Source: a virus
DNA: 64,000 nt
Direction: 5' to 3' (one strand)
Virus record (IMG/VR): IMGVR_UViG_3300042892_002174
Location: 4,331-68,330 of that record
The translations under genes and the position numbers were made by a program. Positions 35,540 through 45,911 of the stretch are shown in pieces (the first letter of the stretch is position 1; every line of letters starts with the position of its first letter). Below the pieces are notes generated by a model. That model was given only the letters and a program-made list of their open reading frames with translations. It searched no databases and was not told the DNA's origin.

Positions 35540-36381
35540 CTACTGGCGCACTGATTTTTGCTTTTGACACAGAACACACACGCTATCTTGATATGGCAGC
35601 GTGGTGTGCTTATCGAGTCCAACAGTTTCTTAACATTCCTGTAGCAGTGGTCACAAACAATCCTGCTGCCAGCGACGAATCTGTGTTTGATCAGGTTATA
35701 TATGCTGATCCGCTAGGTGAGAACTCACGCTGGTTTGGCGACATAAAACAACATGTGACCTGGCACAACGGCAATAGAGTAGATGCTTACAACTTGTCAC
35801 CTTGGGGTCAAACTCTAGTGTTAGACGCTGACTTTGTGGTCAACAGCGATCAGCTTCGGGCAGTGCTTGACAGCTCACGAGAGTTCATGTGCTTTCGATC
35901 AGCATTCAATCTTGCTAGACCAGAGGAAGAATTTTTAAACACTTTTGGCAAATATCAGTATCCCATGTACTGGGCCACTGTGATGATGTTTCGCAAAGGA
36001 AACACAGCACAGTACATATTTGATTCCATGCAGATGATTCGCGAGAACTGGACACATTACAGAGATCTCTATCACATTGCACAGCCTGCATACAGAAATG
36101 ACTATGCATTGAGCATAGCACTGGGTATTGTGAGTGGGCAAACACTAAAGGTAGATGCGATACCTTGGGGCATGCCTAGTGTGGTACCCGAAAACAAACT
36201 AACGCTTGATAATGAAACGTTCTGGAATATTGAGTATCCGGATGCACAAGGCAAACTTAAAACAGTTTCGTATATTGGCCAGGACTTTCATGCCATGGGC
36301 AAAAGAGATTTAGGAGAAATAGTTGAAACCCATAGAAGAGCAAGGCTATGTGATACTAGCCTTGAACACACCCCAAGTTGA
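35536..36381 (+). CDS. GT-A fold glycosyltransferase-like protein
   Basis: LSPWGQTLVLDADF (DxD), YWATVMMFRK, YRNDYALSIA; ATG at 35536 overlaps the upstream TGA. Confidence 0.65.
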   Translation: MTTGALIFAFDTEHTRYLDMAAWCAYRVQQFLNIPVAVVTNNPAASDESVFDQVIYADPLGENSRWFGDIKQHVTWHNGNRVDAYNLSPWGQTLVLDADFVVNSDQLRAVLDSSREFMCFRSAFNLARPEEEFLNTFGKYQYPMYWATVMMFRKGNTAQYIFDSMQMIRENWTHYRDLYHIAQPAYRNDYALSIALGIVSGQTLKVDAIPWGMPSVVPENKLTLDNETFWNIEYPDAQGKLKTVSYIGQDFHAMGKRDLGEIVETHRRARLCDTSLEHTPS

Positions 36382-37099
36382 CTACTTGGACTGTGCTAGA
36401 ACACTAACAAAAACAATCAAACAGTGGAACCCTCATGCCAGTGTGTGCTTGATTACTGATCAAACTCATGCTAACGATCCCTTGTACGATCATTATCGTG
36501 TGATTGAGAATGTCAACCGCGATAACTTGTACGCAAATGACTGGCAGGTATTTTTCCAAACTCCCTACAGAGAGACCATCAAGCTAGAAGCAGACATGAT
36601 GATTACTAGTTCGATTGATCACTGGTGGGATATGTTTAGACACAGAGACGTTGTGATATCAACAGGCTGTAGAACATGGCAAGATCGGAACAGCACGGCC
36701 AGACACTACAGAAAAGTGTTTGATGCCAACAACTTACCAGATGTGTACAACGCCATTACCTATTGGCGATTGAGCCTTACAGCTCGAGAGTTCTTTATGT
36801 TAGTGCGTGATATATTTGCCAACTGGACAGAGTTTAAAAAACTAATTCGGTTTCCAGAAGATGTGCCCAGCACCGATCTTGTGTATGCCATGGCAGCAGA
36901 CATAATTGGCAGAGAACTGGTAACCATGCCATTTGTGACATACCCAAAAATTGTGCATATGAAACAAGCACACTCAGGAACAAAAACATCTCAATGGGCC
37001 AATGAGTTAGTGTGGGAAATGAATCCCATGCGTATACAAACTCAAGCACAATGGGGTGCATTCCACTATCATGTAAAGGACTGGCGCCATGACACCTGA
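36323..37099 (+). CDS. GT-A fold glycosyltransferase-like protein, paralog of the preceding gene
   Basis: QTPYRETIKLEADM (ExD at the DxD position), LPDVYNAITYW, STDLVYAMA, IVHMK, FHYH. Confidence 0.6.
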   Translation: MKPIEEQGYVILALNTPQVDYLDCARTLTKTIKQWNPHASVCLITDQTHANDPLYDHYRVIENVNRDNLYANDWQVFFQTPYRETIKLEADMMITSSIDHWWDMFRHRDVVISTGCRTWQDRNSTARHYRKVFDANNLPDVYNAITYWRLSLTAREFFMLVRDIFANWTEFKKLIRFPEDVPSTDLVYAMAADIIGRELVTMPFVTYPKIVHMKQAHSGTKTSQWANELVWEMNPMRIQTQAQWGAFHYHVKDWRHDT

Positions 37100-37424
37100 A
37101 GAGTTTTGGGATATCTTACACAGCATGCCCGAGTCGTTGCCAGTGTTCTATCGTTTGTATTATAACGATCAAGGTCAACCTGTTTGTTACAGCATGGAGG
37201 ACCTGCCAGGTAATTACATTGACATTGATGCTGAAACATTTGCCCTAGCACCTGCCAACGTGCGTGTGGTAGATAACAAACTCAAATACATTACTACTCG
37301 CACATCTGACAAACTTGTGCCAGGCAACACAGGCACACTGTGCCACCCGCAAAATGTTGCGGTCATAGTTGAACAAAACGGAACACCATGGAGCAAACAA
37401 ACATATGGCCTTGAATCAAATTGA
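37089..37424 (+). CDS. Hypothetical protein
   Basis: 111-aa ORF overlapping both neighbours. Confidence 0.6.
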   Translation: MTPEEFWDILHSMPESLPVFYRLYYNDQGQPVCYSMEDLPGNYIDIDAETFALAPANVRVVDNKLKYITTRTSDKLVPGNTGTLCHPQNVAVIVEQNGTPWSKQTYGLESN

Positions 37425-38337
37425 CATAGCAGACTTGGACTGCATATATCTAACATACGATGAACCACAACGAGAAGAATTTTGGATCAAGATTAGGAAT
37501 ATGGTGCCTTGGGCACGAAGGGTGGACGGTGTTCTGGGGAGCGATGCGGCTCACAAAGCGGCAGCCCAAGCGAGTAGTACGGATAGATTCATTCTCATCG
37601 ATGGCGACAATCTCCCCGATCCGGCGTTCTTTAATCAAACACTTGTTTTTCCTGGCAAAGAATATGAGAGTGCTGTGTTCCGGTGGCGGGCACGTAACCA
37701 TATCAACGGATTGATGTATGGTAACGGCGGTTTGAGTTCATGGACCAAGGACTTTGTGCAGAACATGCGTACTCACGAAGCCACAGACGGCACAGCAGAA
37801 ACACAAGTAGAATTTTGTTTTGATCCCTTATACTGGCCCATGTACGACTGCTACTCGACCACCTACCCAAATGGATCCCCATTCCATGCTTGGCGTGCAG
37901 GATTCCGTGAAGGTGTTAAAATGTGCTTGGATCGTGGACGTAAACCCACCACAGCAGAGTTTCAAGACCGTGTGCATCAACGCAACTTGGATCATTTGAC
38001 CATTTGGCACAACGTGGGTGCTGATGCAGATCACGGCTACTGGGCCATTGCCGGCGCACGCCAAGGCACATACATGACCATGCTTACTGCCTGGGACCAT
38101 ACTCAAGTACAAAACTTTGAAGCCCTGGCCGAACTGTGGCGGACTGTGGAAACGTCAGAGCCTAGACTGCTTGCTGGACGCTTGGCAGAGGATCTGCACA
38201 CACAGTTAGGCTTGCCAATGATTGTGATGGAAGCAGAACAAAGTGAATTCTTTAAACGGCACTACAGATCAAACTGGCATAACCAAGGCATAATGACACG
38301 TGAGATTGATGTTATTAGGCAGCAAGAAGGCTGGTAA
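37405..38337 (+). CDS. GT-A/nucleotidyltransferase-like protein
   Basis: IYLTYDEP, RVDGV.GSDAAHKAAA, FILIDGDN (DxD), RNHINGLMYGNGG, AWRAGFREGVKM; likely ATG at 37405. Confidence 0.6.
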   Translation: MALNQIDIADLDCIYLTYDEPQREEFWIKIRNMVPWARRVDGVLGSDAAHKAAAQASSTDRFILIDGDNLPDPAFFNQTLVFPGKEYESAVFRWRARNHINGLMYGNGGLSSWTKDFVQNMRTHEATDGTAETQVEFCFDPLYWPMYDCYSTTYPNGSPFHAWRAGFREGVKMCLDRGRKPTTAEFQDRVHQRNLDHLTIWHNVGADADHGYWAIAGARQGTYMTMLTAWDHTQVQNFEALAELWRTVETSEPRLLAGRLAEDLHTQLGLPMIVMEAEQSEFFKRHYRSNWHNQGIMTREIDVIRQQEGW

Positions 38338-39740
38338 TGCAAAACAAAGGTGATGAAACAGTCGACAACAAGAGTAAATTCTTAAACTCTGCAGAGCAGA
38401 TGGCAGAGAAATTGGGGCCAGCCCTTTGTCTGGCCAAATGGAAACAGGTCAGCTTGCACTTGCCTACAGGACTCAACAACTCCTGCTACCATCCGCCACT
38501 GCACAAGATACCCGTGGAGAATCTTGCCACAGATCCAGGATCCTTGCACAATACACCGCACAAGAAAGCGCAACGTGTACTGATGCTACAGAACCAAAAG
38601 CCCTCTGAGTGTCAGTACTGCTGGAACATGGAAGCAGAAAACAAACTGAGTGACAGACACTATCGTTCAGGCGAGCCGTGGGCTGCTGTGGACTTTGAAA
38701 AGATCCTAAACTCTACAGGAGAAGAAAATGACGTTATCCCTAGCTACGTTGAGGTTAATTTTAATAATGTGTGTAATCTCATGTGCAGTTATTGCAGTCC
38801 GCAATTCTCTAGCAGCTGGCAACAAGAAGTGGATCGATCAGGCGGCTACCCTACTGCTCGTGTTCACAATGATCCTGGGCATTTTGTTGGAGATCGCAGG
38901 GTACTTCCGGCTAGAGAGCATAACCCTTATGTAGAAGCATTTTGGGAGTGGTGGCCTACCTTGTACCCAGAACTTGTACACTTCCGCATGACTGGCGGTG
39001 AGCCCTTGTTAGATAAGAACACCTACAGAGTGTTTGATCATGTGCTGGCCAATCCGTCTGCCAAACTGCATTTAAATGTCACATCAAACTTTTCAGTAGA
39101 CGAGAAGTCCTGGCAGAAGTATTTGAGCTACGTAAAACAACTATGCGATGGCCGCATAGAACACTTCATGCAGTATGTGAGCCTGGACGGATGGGGCTCG
39201 CAAGCAGAATACATGCGACACGGACTTGACTTTAATTTATTGTGGGATAGAGTAAATCAATTCCTAACCGAAGTGCCCAGTTACAACAGCCTAACGTTTA
39301 TTGTTACCATGAACAACTTGAGTGTGACCAGCTTGGAAAACTTGTTTGCTGGCATTCTGGGCTTGCGTAACACATACTCACGGACCTATCAGCGTGTGTG
39401 GTTTGATACACCTGTGTTGCGTGAACCTGCTTGGCAGAGTCTACAAATACTGCCTGAAGCCTATGCTGACAAGCTGGAACACTTGTGGGCTTGGATGATA
39501 CGCCAAAGTGAACAGCCCGAAGATCCATTTCACGGATTTAAAGACTATGAACTTGCTAGACTGGACAGAGACATTGCGTGGATGCGAGCCGGACAGGGTA
39601 TGGATCATTCAGCAGCTCGAGCAGACTTTTATAGATTCTTTTCTGAACATGATCGACGCAGAGGCACTGACTTCTTGAAGACCTTTCCAGAAATGCGTGC
39701 CTGGTGGGAAGAATGTAAATATCATGCTAGAAACACATAA
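38337..39740 (+). CDS. Radical SAM enzyme 1 with N-terminal twitch/SPASM-like domain
   Basis: CNLMCSYC (CX3CX2C) and TGGEP; N-terminal CLAKW...SCYHP...CQYC. Confidence 0.9.
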   Translation: MQNKGDETVDNKSKFLNSAEQMAEKLGPALCLAKWKQVSLHLPTGLNNSCYHPPLHKIPVENLATDPGSLHNTPHKKAQRVLMLQNQKPSECQYCWNMEAENKLSDRHYRSGEPWAAVDFEKILNSTGEENDVIPSYVEVNFNNVCNLMCSYCSPQFSSSWQQEVDRSGGYPTARVHNDPGHFVGDRRVLPAREHNPYVEAFWEWWPTLYPELVHFRMTGGEPLLDKNTYRVFDHVLANPSAKLHLNVTSNFSVDEKSWQKYLSYVKQLCDGRIEHFMQYVSLDGWGSQAEYMRHGLDFNLLWDRVNQFLTEVPSYNSLTFIVTMNNLSVTSLENLFAGILGLRNTYSRTYQRVWFDTPVLREPAWQSLQILPEAYADKLEHLWAWMIRQSEQPEDPFHGFKDYELARLDRDIAWMRAGQGMDHSAARADFYRFFSEHDRRRGTDFLKTFPEMRAWWEECKYHARNT

Positions 39741-40845
39741 GCTCATATGTGATACCTTTTGCGAAATCTATTCACAAATAGAACCCTATTGTGATGATTC
39801 ATTCTGGGACTTTGGTCAGCATGAGCCTGTGGCAGGCAGCGTAACAGTAATCAGCAGGCAAACATTCAATCAACACTATGTACGCATTAAAGAATTAGCA
39901 GAGTCTGGATTCTTTTATCCTGTGTTGGCCAATCCCACAGAAGGATCAGCCACACTAAAACATCAATGTGAACGCCTAGGGCTAATTGATCTACTAAAGC
40001 AAGGCCGCCTGGCCCTAGTAGGCTGCGGCAATATGGAGCCAGAACTGCCACACTTGTTTTACGACAGTTACTTGTGCAAGCCTTATGAATATCAAGAGAA
40101 TCGTGATCAATGTGCCAGGGTAGATGAAATATACGCTAAACTACACAAACCCTACAAGTTCTTGTTCCTAAATGGCCGCACACGCCCACATAGAAAATAC
40201 ATGATTGAAAGTCTGCGGCCCATACTTGATCAAGCACTATGGACCAATCTAGACTCAAGCTCAGTATACAATCACACCTATCGAACTGACATATTAACTC
40301 GCCCTGGTGAAATACGGTTATTGCCTGCTGAATATGAAGTTCCGCAATTTCACACAGGACTAGCACTAGGACATCAAATGCCTTTTGTGAAAAATGAATT
40401 GTTCAACAACCTGTGGGGCGAAATTTACATACAAGCAGAGCCTTATATTGATACCTATTTCAGTGTGGTGACAGAAACTGTGTGCGACTATCCATACAGT
40501 TTGAGATCAGAAAAGATATACAAGCCCATTGCCATGGGACATCCTTGGATTGTAGCAGCCAATTGTGGCTTTTATCGTGACATACGCAATCAAGGATTCC
40601 AAACGTACAACAATTTAATTGATGAATCATTTGACTTGATACACAACAATCAAGACAGATTGGACAGAATTGTAGCAGTAGTGCAGGACTTGTGTCAACA
40701 AGATCTGGCAGAATTCCTGGTTGCGGCCGAGTCAGTGAGTAAGTATAATCAACAGCATATGGCTGAACTTGGTCCTAGAATTCGCGCTGAATTTCCTCAG
40801 CAGTTTCTCAACTTTGTACAGCAAACCTTCAAACTCAATGAATGA
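39724..40845 (+). CDS. Putative GT-B (GT10-like) glycosyltransferase family protein, paralog A
   Basis: FLFLNGRTRPHR, YFSVVTET..SEKIYKPIAMGHPWIV, GFQTY..IDESFD. Confidence 0.45.
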   Translation: MLETHKLICDTFCEIYSQIEPYCDDSFWDFGQHEPVAGSVTVISRQTFNQHYVRIKELAESGFFYPVLANPTEGSATLKHQCERLGLIDLLKQGRLALVGCGNMEPELPHLFYDSYLCKPYEYQENRDQCARVDEIYAKLHKPYKFLFLNGRTRPHRKYMIESLRPILDQALWTNLDSSSVYNHTYRTDILTRPGEIRLLPAEYEVPQFHTGLALGHQMPFVKNELFNNLWGEIYIQAEPYIDTYFSVVTETVCDYPYSLRSEKIYKPIAMGHPWIVAANCGFYRDIRNQGFQTYNNLIDESFDLIHNNQDRLDRIVAVVQDLCQQDLAEFLVAAESVSKYNQQHMAELGPRIRAEFPQQFLNFVQQTFKLNE

Positions 40846-42169
40846 TTTAGAATTCAAACACACAGTATTAGACCCTCTCTCAGCCAGCTTTTGTGCAGCA
40901 AAATGGTATAACGCAACCATTTGGTTAGGAAGTGGACAGACCACAAGTTGTCATCACCCGCCAGCTCATTTGATCGACAAAGATAAAGTCAGCATCAACC
41001 CTCGGCTACTGCACAATACTGATCAAAAGAAAGCGGACCGCCAACAAATGATCAACGGGGAGCGTCCCCCTGGCTGCGAGTATTGTTGGAAAATTGAAGA
41101 CATGGGCCGTGATGCTGTATCGGACCGTGTGTACAAATCACGAATATATCCCATAGAGGCCCTGCATGAAGCATACCAAACCCCCGTTGACCAAGACGTC
41201 AATCTTCGTACCCTTGAAATTGCATTTGATCGCACTTGTCAATTTGCTTGTTCTTATTGCAACCCTGCTTTTAGTAGCACATGGGTTAACGATATACGAA
41301 AGAATGGACCATATGTGGCGCTGGTTAGCGACGGTAGGAACCACTTTACTCACACTCACGATAGTGCTCAGCTTTTTAAACTCAATGAAACAAATCCTTA
41401 CGTGGAAGCGTTCTTCAAGTGGTGGGAATCAGACTTACACCAAACCCTGCAAGAACTCAGAATCACTGGAGGAGAACCACTCATGTCAGGTTATACGTGG
41501 AAGCTCATCGACTGGTTTGCTAGTAATAAAGGACGAAGTCAAACCCGACTCGCTATTAATTCAAACTTGGGGTCGCAGGTAGACATTGATCGTTTGCTTT
41601 CTAGCACACAGGACATGGCGATTGACATATACACTTCAAACGAAGCTGTGGGCACTCAAGCAGAATACATTCGTGACGGACTTGTTTGGGCAGACTGGAT
41701 TAATAATGTAGAACGCTTGTTACGCTCAGGGCAGTTTCGGGGCATACATGTGATGTGTACAATCAATGCCTTGTGCTTGAGCAGCTTGGATCAATTGCTA
41801 GACCGCATAGTGAAATGGAAGCTGGAGTATGGGCGTGATGCCATAAGTTTCACATTAAATATCTTGCGCTTTCCGTCATTTCAGTCACCCTTGGTGCTGC
41901 CTGACCATTTACGTACACGGTATCGCGATCAATTGGCCACGTTCATGGTGCGACACAAAGGTTATTCTTACTTGCACGAGCATGAATGGAATCACGTACA
42001 GCGACTGGTAGATTATTTGGATGTGGTAAAGACCCCGCATTCTGATGCATTTGAAATGCCCAGGCTGTTGAATGATTTTAAACAGTTCTTCTCGCAGTAC
42101 GACCAGCGCCGTGACAAAGACTTTGCCACAGCATTTCCTGAATTAAAAGAATGGTACGATGAGCTATAA
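40838..42169 (+). CDS. Radical SAM enzyme 2 with N-terminal twitch/SPASM-like domain
   Basis: CQFACSYC and TGGEP; N-terminal CAAKW...SCHHP...CEYC; likely ATG at 40838. Confidence 0.9.
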   Translation: MNDLEFKHTVLDPLSASFCAAKWYNATIWLGSGQTTSCHHPPAHLIDKDKVSINPRLLHNTDQKKADRQQMINGERPPGCEYCWKIEDMGRDAVSDRVYKSRIYPIEALHEAYQTPVDQDVNLRTLEIAFDRTCQFACSYCNPAFSSTWVNDIRKNGPYVALVSDGRNHFTHTHDSAQLFKLNETNPYVEAFFKWWESDLHQTLQELRITGGEPLMSGYTWKLIDWFASNKGRSQTRLAINSNLGSQVDIDRLLSSTQDMAIDIYTSNEAVGTQAEYIRDGLVWADWINNVERLLRSGQFRGIHVMCTINALCLSSLDQLLDRIVKWKLEYGRDAISFTLNILRFPSFQSPLVLPDHLRTRYRDQLATFMVRHKGYSYLHEHEWNHVQRLVDYLDVVKTPHSDAFEMPRLLNDFKQFFSQYDQRRDKDFATAFPELKEWYDEL

Positions 42170-43418
42170 TTACAACTCAACTGATCTAGTAAGACCCACA
42201 GAATTAACTGAACGTGAGGAATTCTTATTAAGAGAGTCCAAGACCTTTTGCATTTATCCCTGGATACACTTGCATGCCTATCCCACCGGCGAAGCATATC
42301 CCTGCTGTCATGCTGAAATGAAGCCGGGCATAGTGGGCAATTGCCGCACAAATACCTTAGAAGAAATATGGTCAGGCGAACCCATGCAGAAACTACGCAG
42401 TGATATGTTAACGGAAACGCCACACGCTGCCTGCACACGTTGTTATGAGCAAGAAGAATCAGGATTCTTTTCAGGGCGCAAGTCAGCCAACAAACACCAT
42501 GGGCATCACATAAAGAAGCTGGATCAAAATCCATTTGAAATGACTTACTGGGATATTCGTTTTTCAAATCTATGCAATTTAAAATGTCGTTCATGTGGGC
42601 ACATCTTTAGTTCACAATGGTATCAAGATCAAGCCAAGCTGGCAGGCGGTGACTGGAAAGCTCGCAACTCAGTGCTAAACTATGCAGGACGCACAGAAAC
42701 AGACATGTGGGAACAACTAGAACCTCATTTGGACTATGTAGAACAAATCTACTTTGCAGGTGGCGAACCCTTGTTGATGGAAGAACACTACAACATCTTA
42801 GAAGAGCTAGTTCGACGTGGGCGCACTGATGTGCGACTGATCTACAACACAAACTTCACACACACTGATCTAAAAGGCCGTTCAGTATTTGAATATTGGA
42901 AACAGTTTAAGAGTGTAGCAGTAGGTGCAAGTCTAGACGATTCAGGCCGCCGTGGCGAATACATTAGAAAAGGCACAGACTGGGCCGTAGTAGAACAGAA
43001 CAGACGTGACATGTTGCGTGTGTGCCCAGAAGTGGATTTTTACATTTCTCCTACCCTGAGCATAATGAATGCCTGGCACCTGCCTGATTTCCATCGTGAC
43101 TGGGTGGAAAAAGGCCTGATCCGCGCACAAGATTTGAATGTAAACATCCTGCAAGATCCTGCATACTATAGAATAGACATTGCGCCAGCTGAATACAAAC
43201 ACTCACTCACAGCACTGTATCAGAGTCATATTCAATGGCTTAAAGGGCAGGACTCGCTAAATCGTGCCACACAAGGATTCGAATCAGCCATTACCTTTAT
43301 GATGGCCACAGACAACACAAACTTGATTGATACATTCTGGCGCAAAACACATGAGCTTGACAGCATAAGAAATGAAAACATATTGGACACAATTCCAGAA
43401 TTACGAGCACTAAAATGA
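42159..43418 (+). CDS. Radical SAM enzyme 3 with N-terminal twitch domain
   Basis: CNLKCRSC and AGGEP; N-terminal CIYPW...PCC...GN...CTRC. Confidence 0.9.
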   Translation: MSYNYNSTDLVRPTELTEREEFLLRESKTFCIYPWIHLHAYPTGEAYPCCHAEMKPGIVGNCRTNTLEEIWSGEPMQKLRSDMLTETPHAACTRCYEQEESGFFSGRKSANKHHGHHIKKLDQNPFEMTYWDIRFSNLCNLKCRSCGHIFSSQWYQDQAKLAGGDWKARNSVLNYAGRTETDMWEQLEPHLDYVEQIYFAGGEPLLMEEHYNILEELVRRGRTDVRLIYNTNFTHTDLKGRSVFEYWKQFKSVAVGASLDDSGRRGEYIRKGTDWAVVEQNRRDMLRVCPEVDFYISPTLSIMNAWHLPDFHRDWVEKGLIRAQDLNVNILQDPAYYRIDIAPAEYKHSLTALYQSHIQWLKGQDSLNRATQGFESAITFMMATDNTNLIDTFWRKTHELDSIRNENILDTIPELRALK

Positions 43419-44635
43419 ATATACCACACGATCGATTCTGCGTATTACCTTGGGTCAGCCTAGAAGCCTCTCCCATTGGCACAGTACGCCCTTGCTGTCT
43501 TGCTGACGACGAGTTGTTGGATGATGAGGGCAACAAGTTTTCACTGCTCACAGCTGACTTTGACAGTATACAAAACTCACAGGCAATGACTCAATTGCGT
43601 GAACAGTTCTTAGCAGGTGAAAAGCCACAGACTTGCCGCAAGTGCTGGATGGAAGAACGTGCAGGTCGCACTAGTAAACGTATGCACACCTTGGACAGAA
43701 TGAAGCACATGGGCATTACAGGCGAGTGGACCACAGACGCCAAACCGCTTATGTTTCTAGATCTCAAGCTGGGCAACATTTGCAATTTAAAATGTCGTAT
43801 ATGCGGCTCATGGTCATCAAGTCAATTTGCCACAGAAGAACTTGCTGACATGCCAACAGATGTGGACCGAAAGAAATCATTTCCCTATCAAATGCTACGT
43901 GCTGGCGCATGGCCCAGAGAAAATCAATCATTTTGGGCAGAAATTGACGCCTGTTTAAATGACATACGCTACATTGAATTCACAGGTGGCGAGCCATTTA
44001 TGATAAAAGAACACTTTGCTATGTTGCAGGGCATTGTGGATCGCGGAATTGCACATCAAGTGGAAATACACTACAACACCAATGGCACACACTATCCAGC
44101 AGAAGCTGAGGAAATTTGGCGACATTTCAAAACAGTGGAAGTGGCATTCTCCATAGATGATTTAGGTGCAAGATTTGAATATCAACGCACCAACGCAGAC
44201 TGGGCAGTGGTGTTAGACAACATCACAAGTTTTCAACTGCTACGAGATCAAATGCCTAACTTGCGACTGCAATGCTGTTCAACTGTGAACATATTCAACG
44301 TGCGATACATTGATCAACTGGCCCATTGGATAGCACTACAAAAGTTTGACTTTGTGTACTGGAACATGATGCATGACGCCTGGTACTTTTCAATTGCTAT
44401 GTTACCTGATTCAGCCAAGGCTGAAATCTCAGAACATTTACGCACAGCTGATGTACCCACACAATATCGTGCGGAATTTGATAGAATCACAGACTTTATG
44501 AATAACGGTGCATCAACAGATGGATTCATGACACGCATGAAGATACGTGACTTGGATCGCAAGCGCCAACAGAATCTACGCACAGTAGCGCCTGAATTGG
44601 CTGCCATATTAAACTATGACTATGACCAAGCCTGA
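43415..44635 (+). CDS. Radical SAM enzyme 4 with N-terminal twitch domain
   Basis: CNLKCRIC and TGGEP; N-terminal CVLPW...PCC...CRKC. Confidence 0.9.
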   Translation: MNIPHDRFCVLPWVSLEASPIGTVRPCCLADDELLDDEGNKFSLLTADFDSIQNSQAMTQLREQFLAGEKPQTCRKCWMEERAGRTSKRMHTLDRMKHMGITGEWTTDAKPLMFLDLKLGNICNLKCRICGSWSSSQFATEELADMPTDVDRKKSFPYQMLRAGAWPRENQSFWAEIDACLNDIRYIEFTGGEPFMIKEHFAMLQGIVDRGIAHQVEIHYNTNGTHYPAEAEEIWRHFKTVEVAFSIDDLGARFEYQRTNADWAVVLDNITSFQLLRDQMPNLRLQCCSTVNIFNVRYIDQLAHWIALQKFDFVYWNMMHDAWYFSIAMLPDSAKAEISEHLRTADVPTQYRAEFDRITDFMNNGASTDGFMTRMKIRDLDRKRQQNLRTVAPELAAILNYDYDQA

Positions 44636-45911
44636 CACACTGTGCATGGCACCGTGGACTCACACATACTTGAGCCCACAAACAGAACGCAGAATGTGCT
44701 GTGCGTCAAGAGAACCTGCGCAGAACTTTGAACAGTATATAGACACCAAGTCAGGCACTGGACGATACATTCCGGTCACACTGGAAGAACACTGGAATTC
44801 ACCACACATGCAGAGTGTGCGTAGACGCATGATGGCCGGAGAAACCTTGCCCGAATGCGAAGTTTGCAATGACCGACTGTTAAACACAGATGTATATAGA
44901 TCATACTTCTGGCATCTTTTTCAACACAAATATGACGATGTGATTGGCAAAACAGATCTCAATGGGCGCACAAGCATGCTGCCTGTGAGCTGGGACTATC
45001 GCTTCTCAAACCTGTGCAATTTCAAATGCAGAACCTGCGGCGATATGCTGAGCAGTTCATGGGAAACTGAACAGCGCCAGCATCAAATGGTTGACTGGAC
45101 CAATGCCAAAAACACCTGGATGCAGCCAGACGTGCGCAGAGAAATCTCACAGTTTCAAGACACACAAATTGAAGAAGAATTCAGTCGTGCAGTAGAAGAG
45201 CACAGAGTAGAAGAAATCTACTGGGTGGGCGGTGAGCCGCTAATGTACGAACAGCACTGGCGCTTCATGAAAAGAATTATTGAATTAGGAGATGGTCCAC
45301 GTGTTTATGCTAGATATAATACTAATCTTAGTCGGGTCAAGTATCGTGACATTAATTTATATCGCGATATATTGGCACATGTACGAGACTGGCAATTATG
45401 CGCCAGCCTTGACGGTACAGGATCCATTGGAGAATACATACGCACAGGCCTGGATTATAAGACTTTTATAAGTAATTTTCAACAGGGACTGGAAATTGCT
45501 ACCAATCCACGACAAATGCGGCTGGACTTTACGCTAACACTTCCGGGCATGTTTGAAGTGGACAACATGATGACACTGGCGTCAGAATTGGGTGTGCAGA
45601 TGTTGGCCAAAGTGATATTCAGCTTCTCACCTGATATTGTTATGAGTCCACTTGCACTACCCAAACACTTGTTGGATCCTTGGATAGATGAACTAGCAGG
45701 CCGCTCCGCAGGTGCCATGCGTGATGTACTGCTACAATTAAAGAACCGCCCTACGTTTGAGGAACAATGGCCGGATACATATCGCGCAGGGCTTGTGAAA
45801 GGCAAAGCTCGTGTGTTAAAATTAGAAAGCATTCGCACACAAAAGATTACTATGGCAGAAATACTTGCTCAAAGACCTGCGGTGCTAGAATGGTGGAATA
45901 AAATTGCTTGA
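44616..45911 (+). CDS. Radical SAM enzyme 5 with N-terminal twitch domain
   Basis: CNFKCRTC and VGGEP; N-terminal CMAPW...MCC...CEVC. Confidence 0.9.
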   Translation: MTMTKPDTLCMAPWTHTYLSPQTERRMCCASREPAQNFEQYIDTKSGTGRYIPVTLEEHWNSPHMQSVRRRMMAGETLPECEVCNDRLLNTDVYRSYFWHLFQHKYDDVIGKTDLNGRTSMLPVSWDYRFSNLCNFKCRTCGDMLSSSWETEQRQHQMVDWTNAKNTWMQPDVRREISQFQDTQIEEEFSRAVEEHRVEEIYWVGGEPLMYEQHWRFMKRIIELGDGPRVYARYNTNLSRVKYRDINLYRDILAHVRDWQLCASLDGTGSIGEYIRTGLDYKTFISNFQQGLEIATNPRQMRLDFTLTLPGMFEVDNMMTLASELGVQMLAKVIFSFSPDIVMSPLALPKHLLDPWIDELAGRSAGAMRDVLLQLKNRPTFEEQWPDTYRAGLVKGKARVLKLESIRTQKITMAEILAQRPAVLEWWNKIA

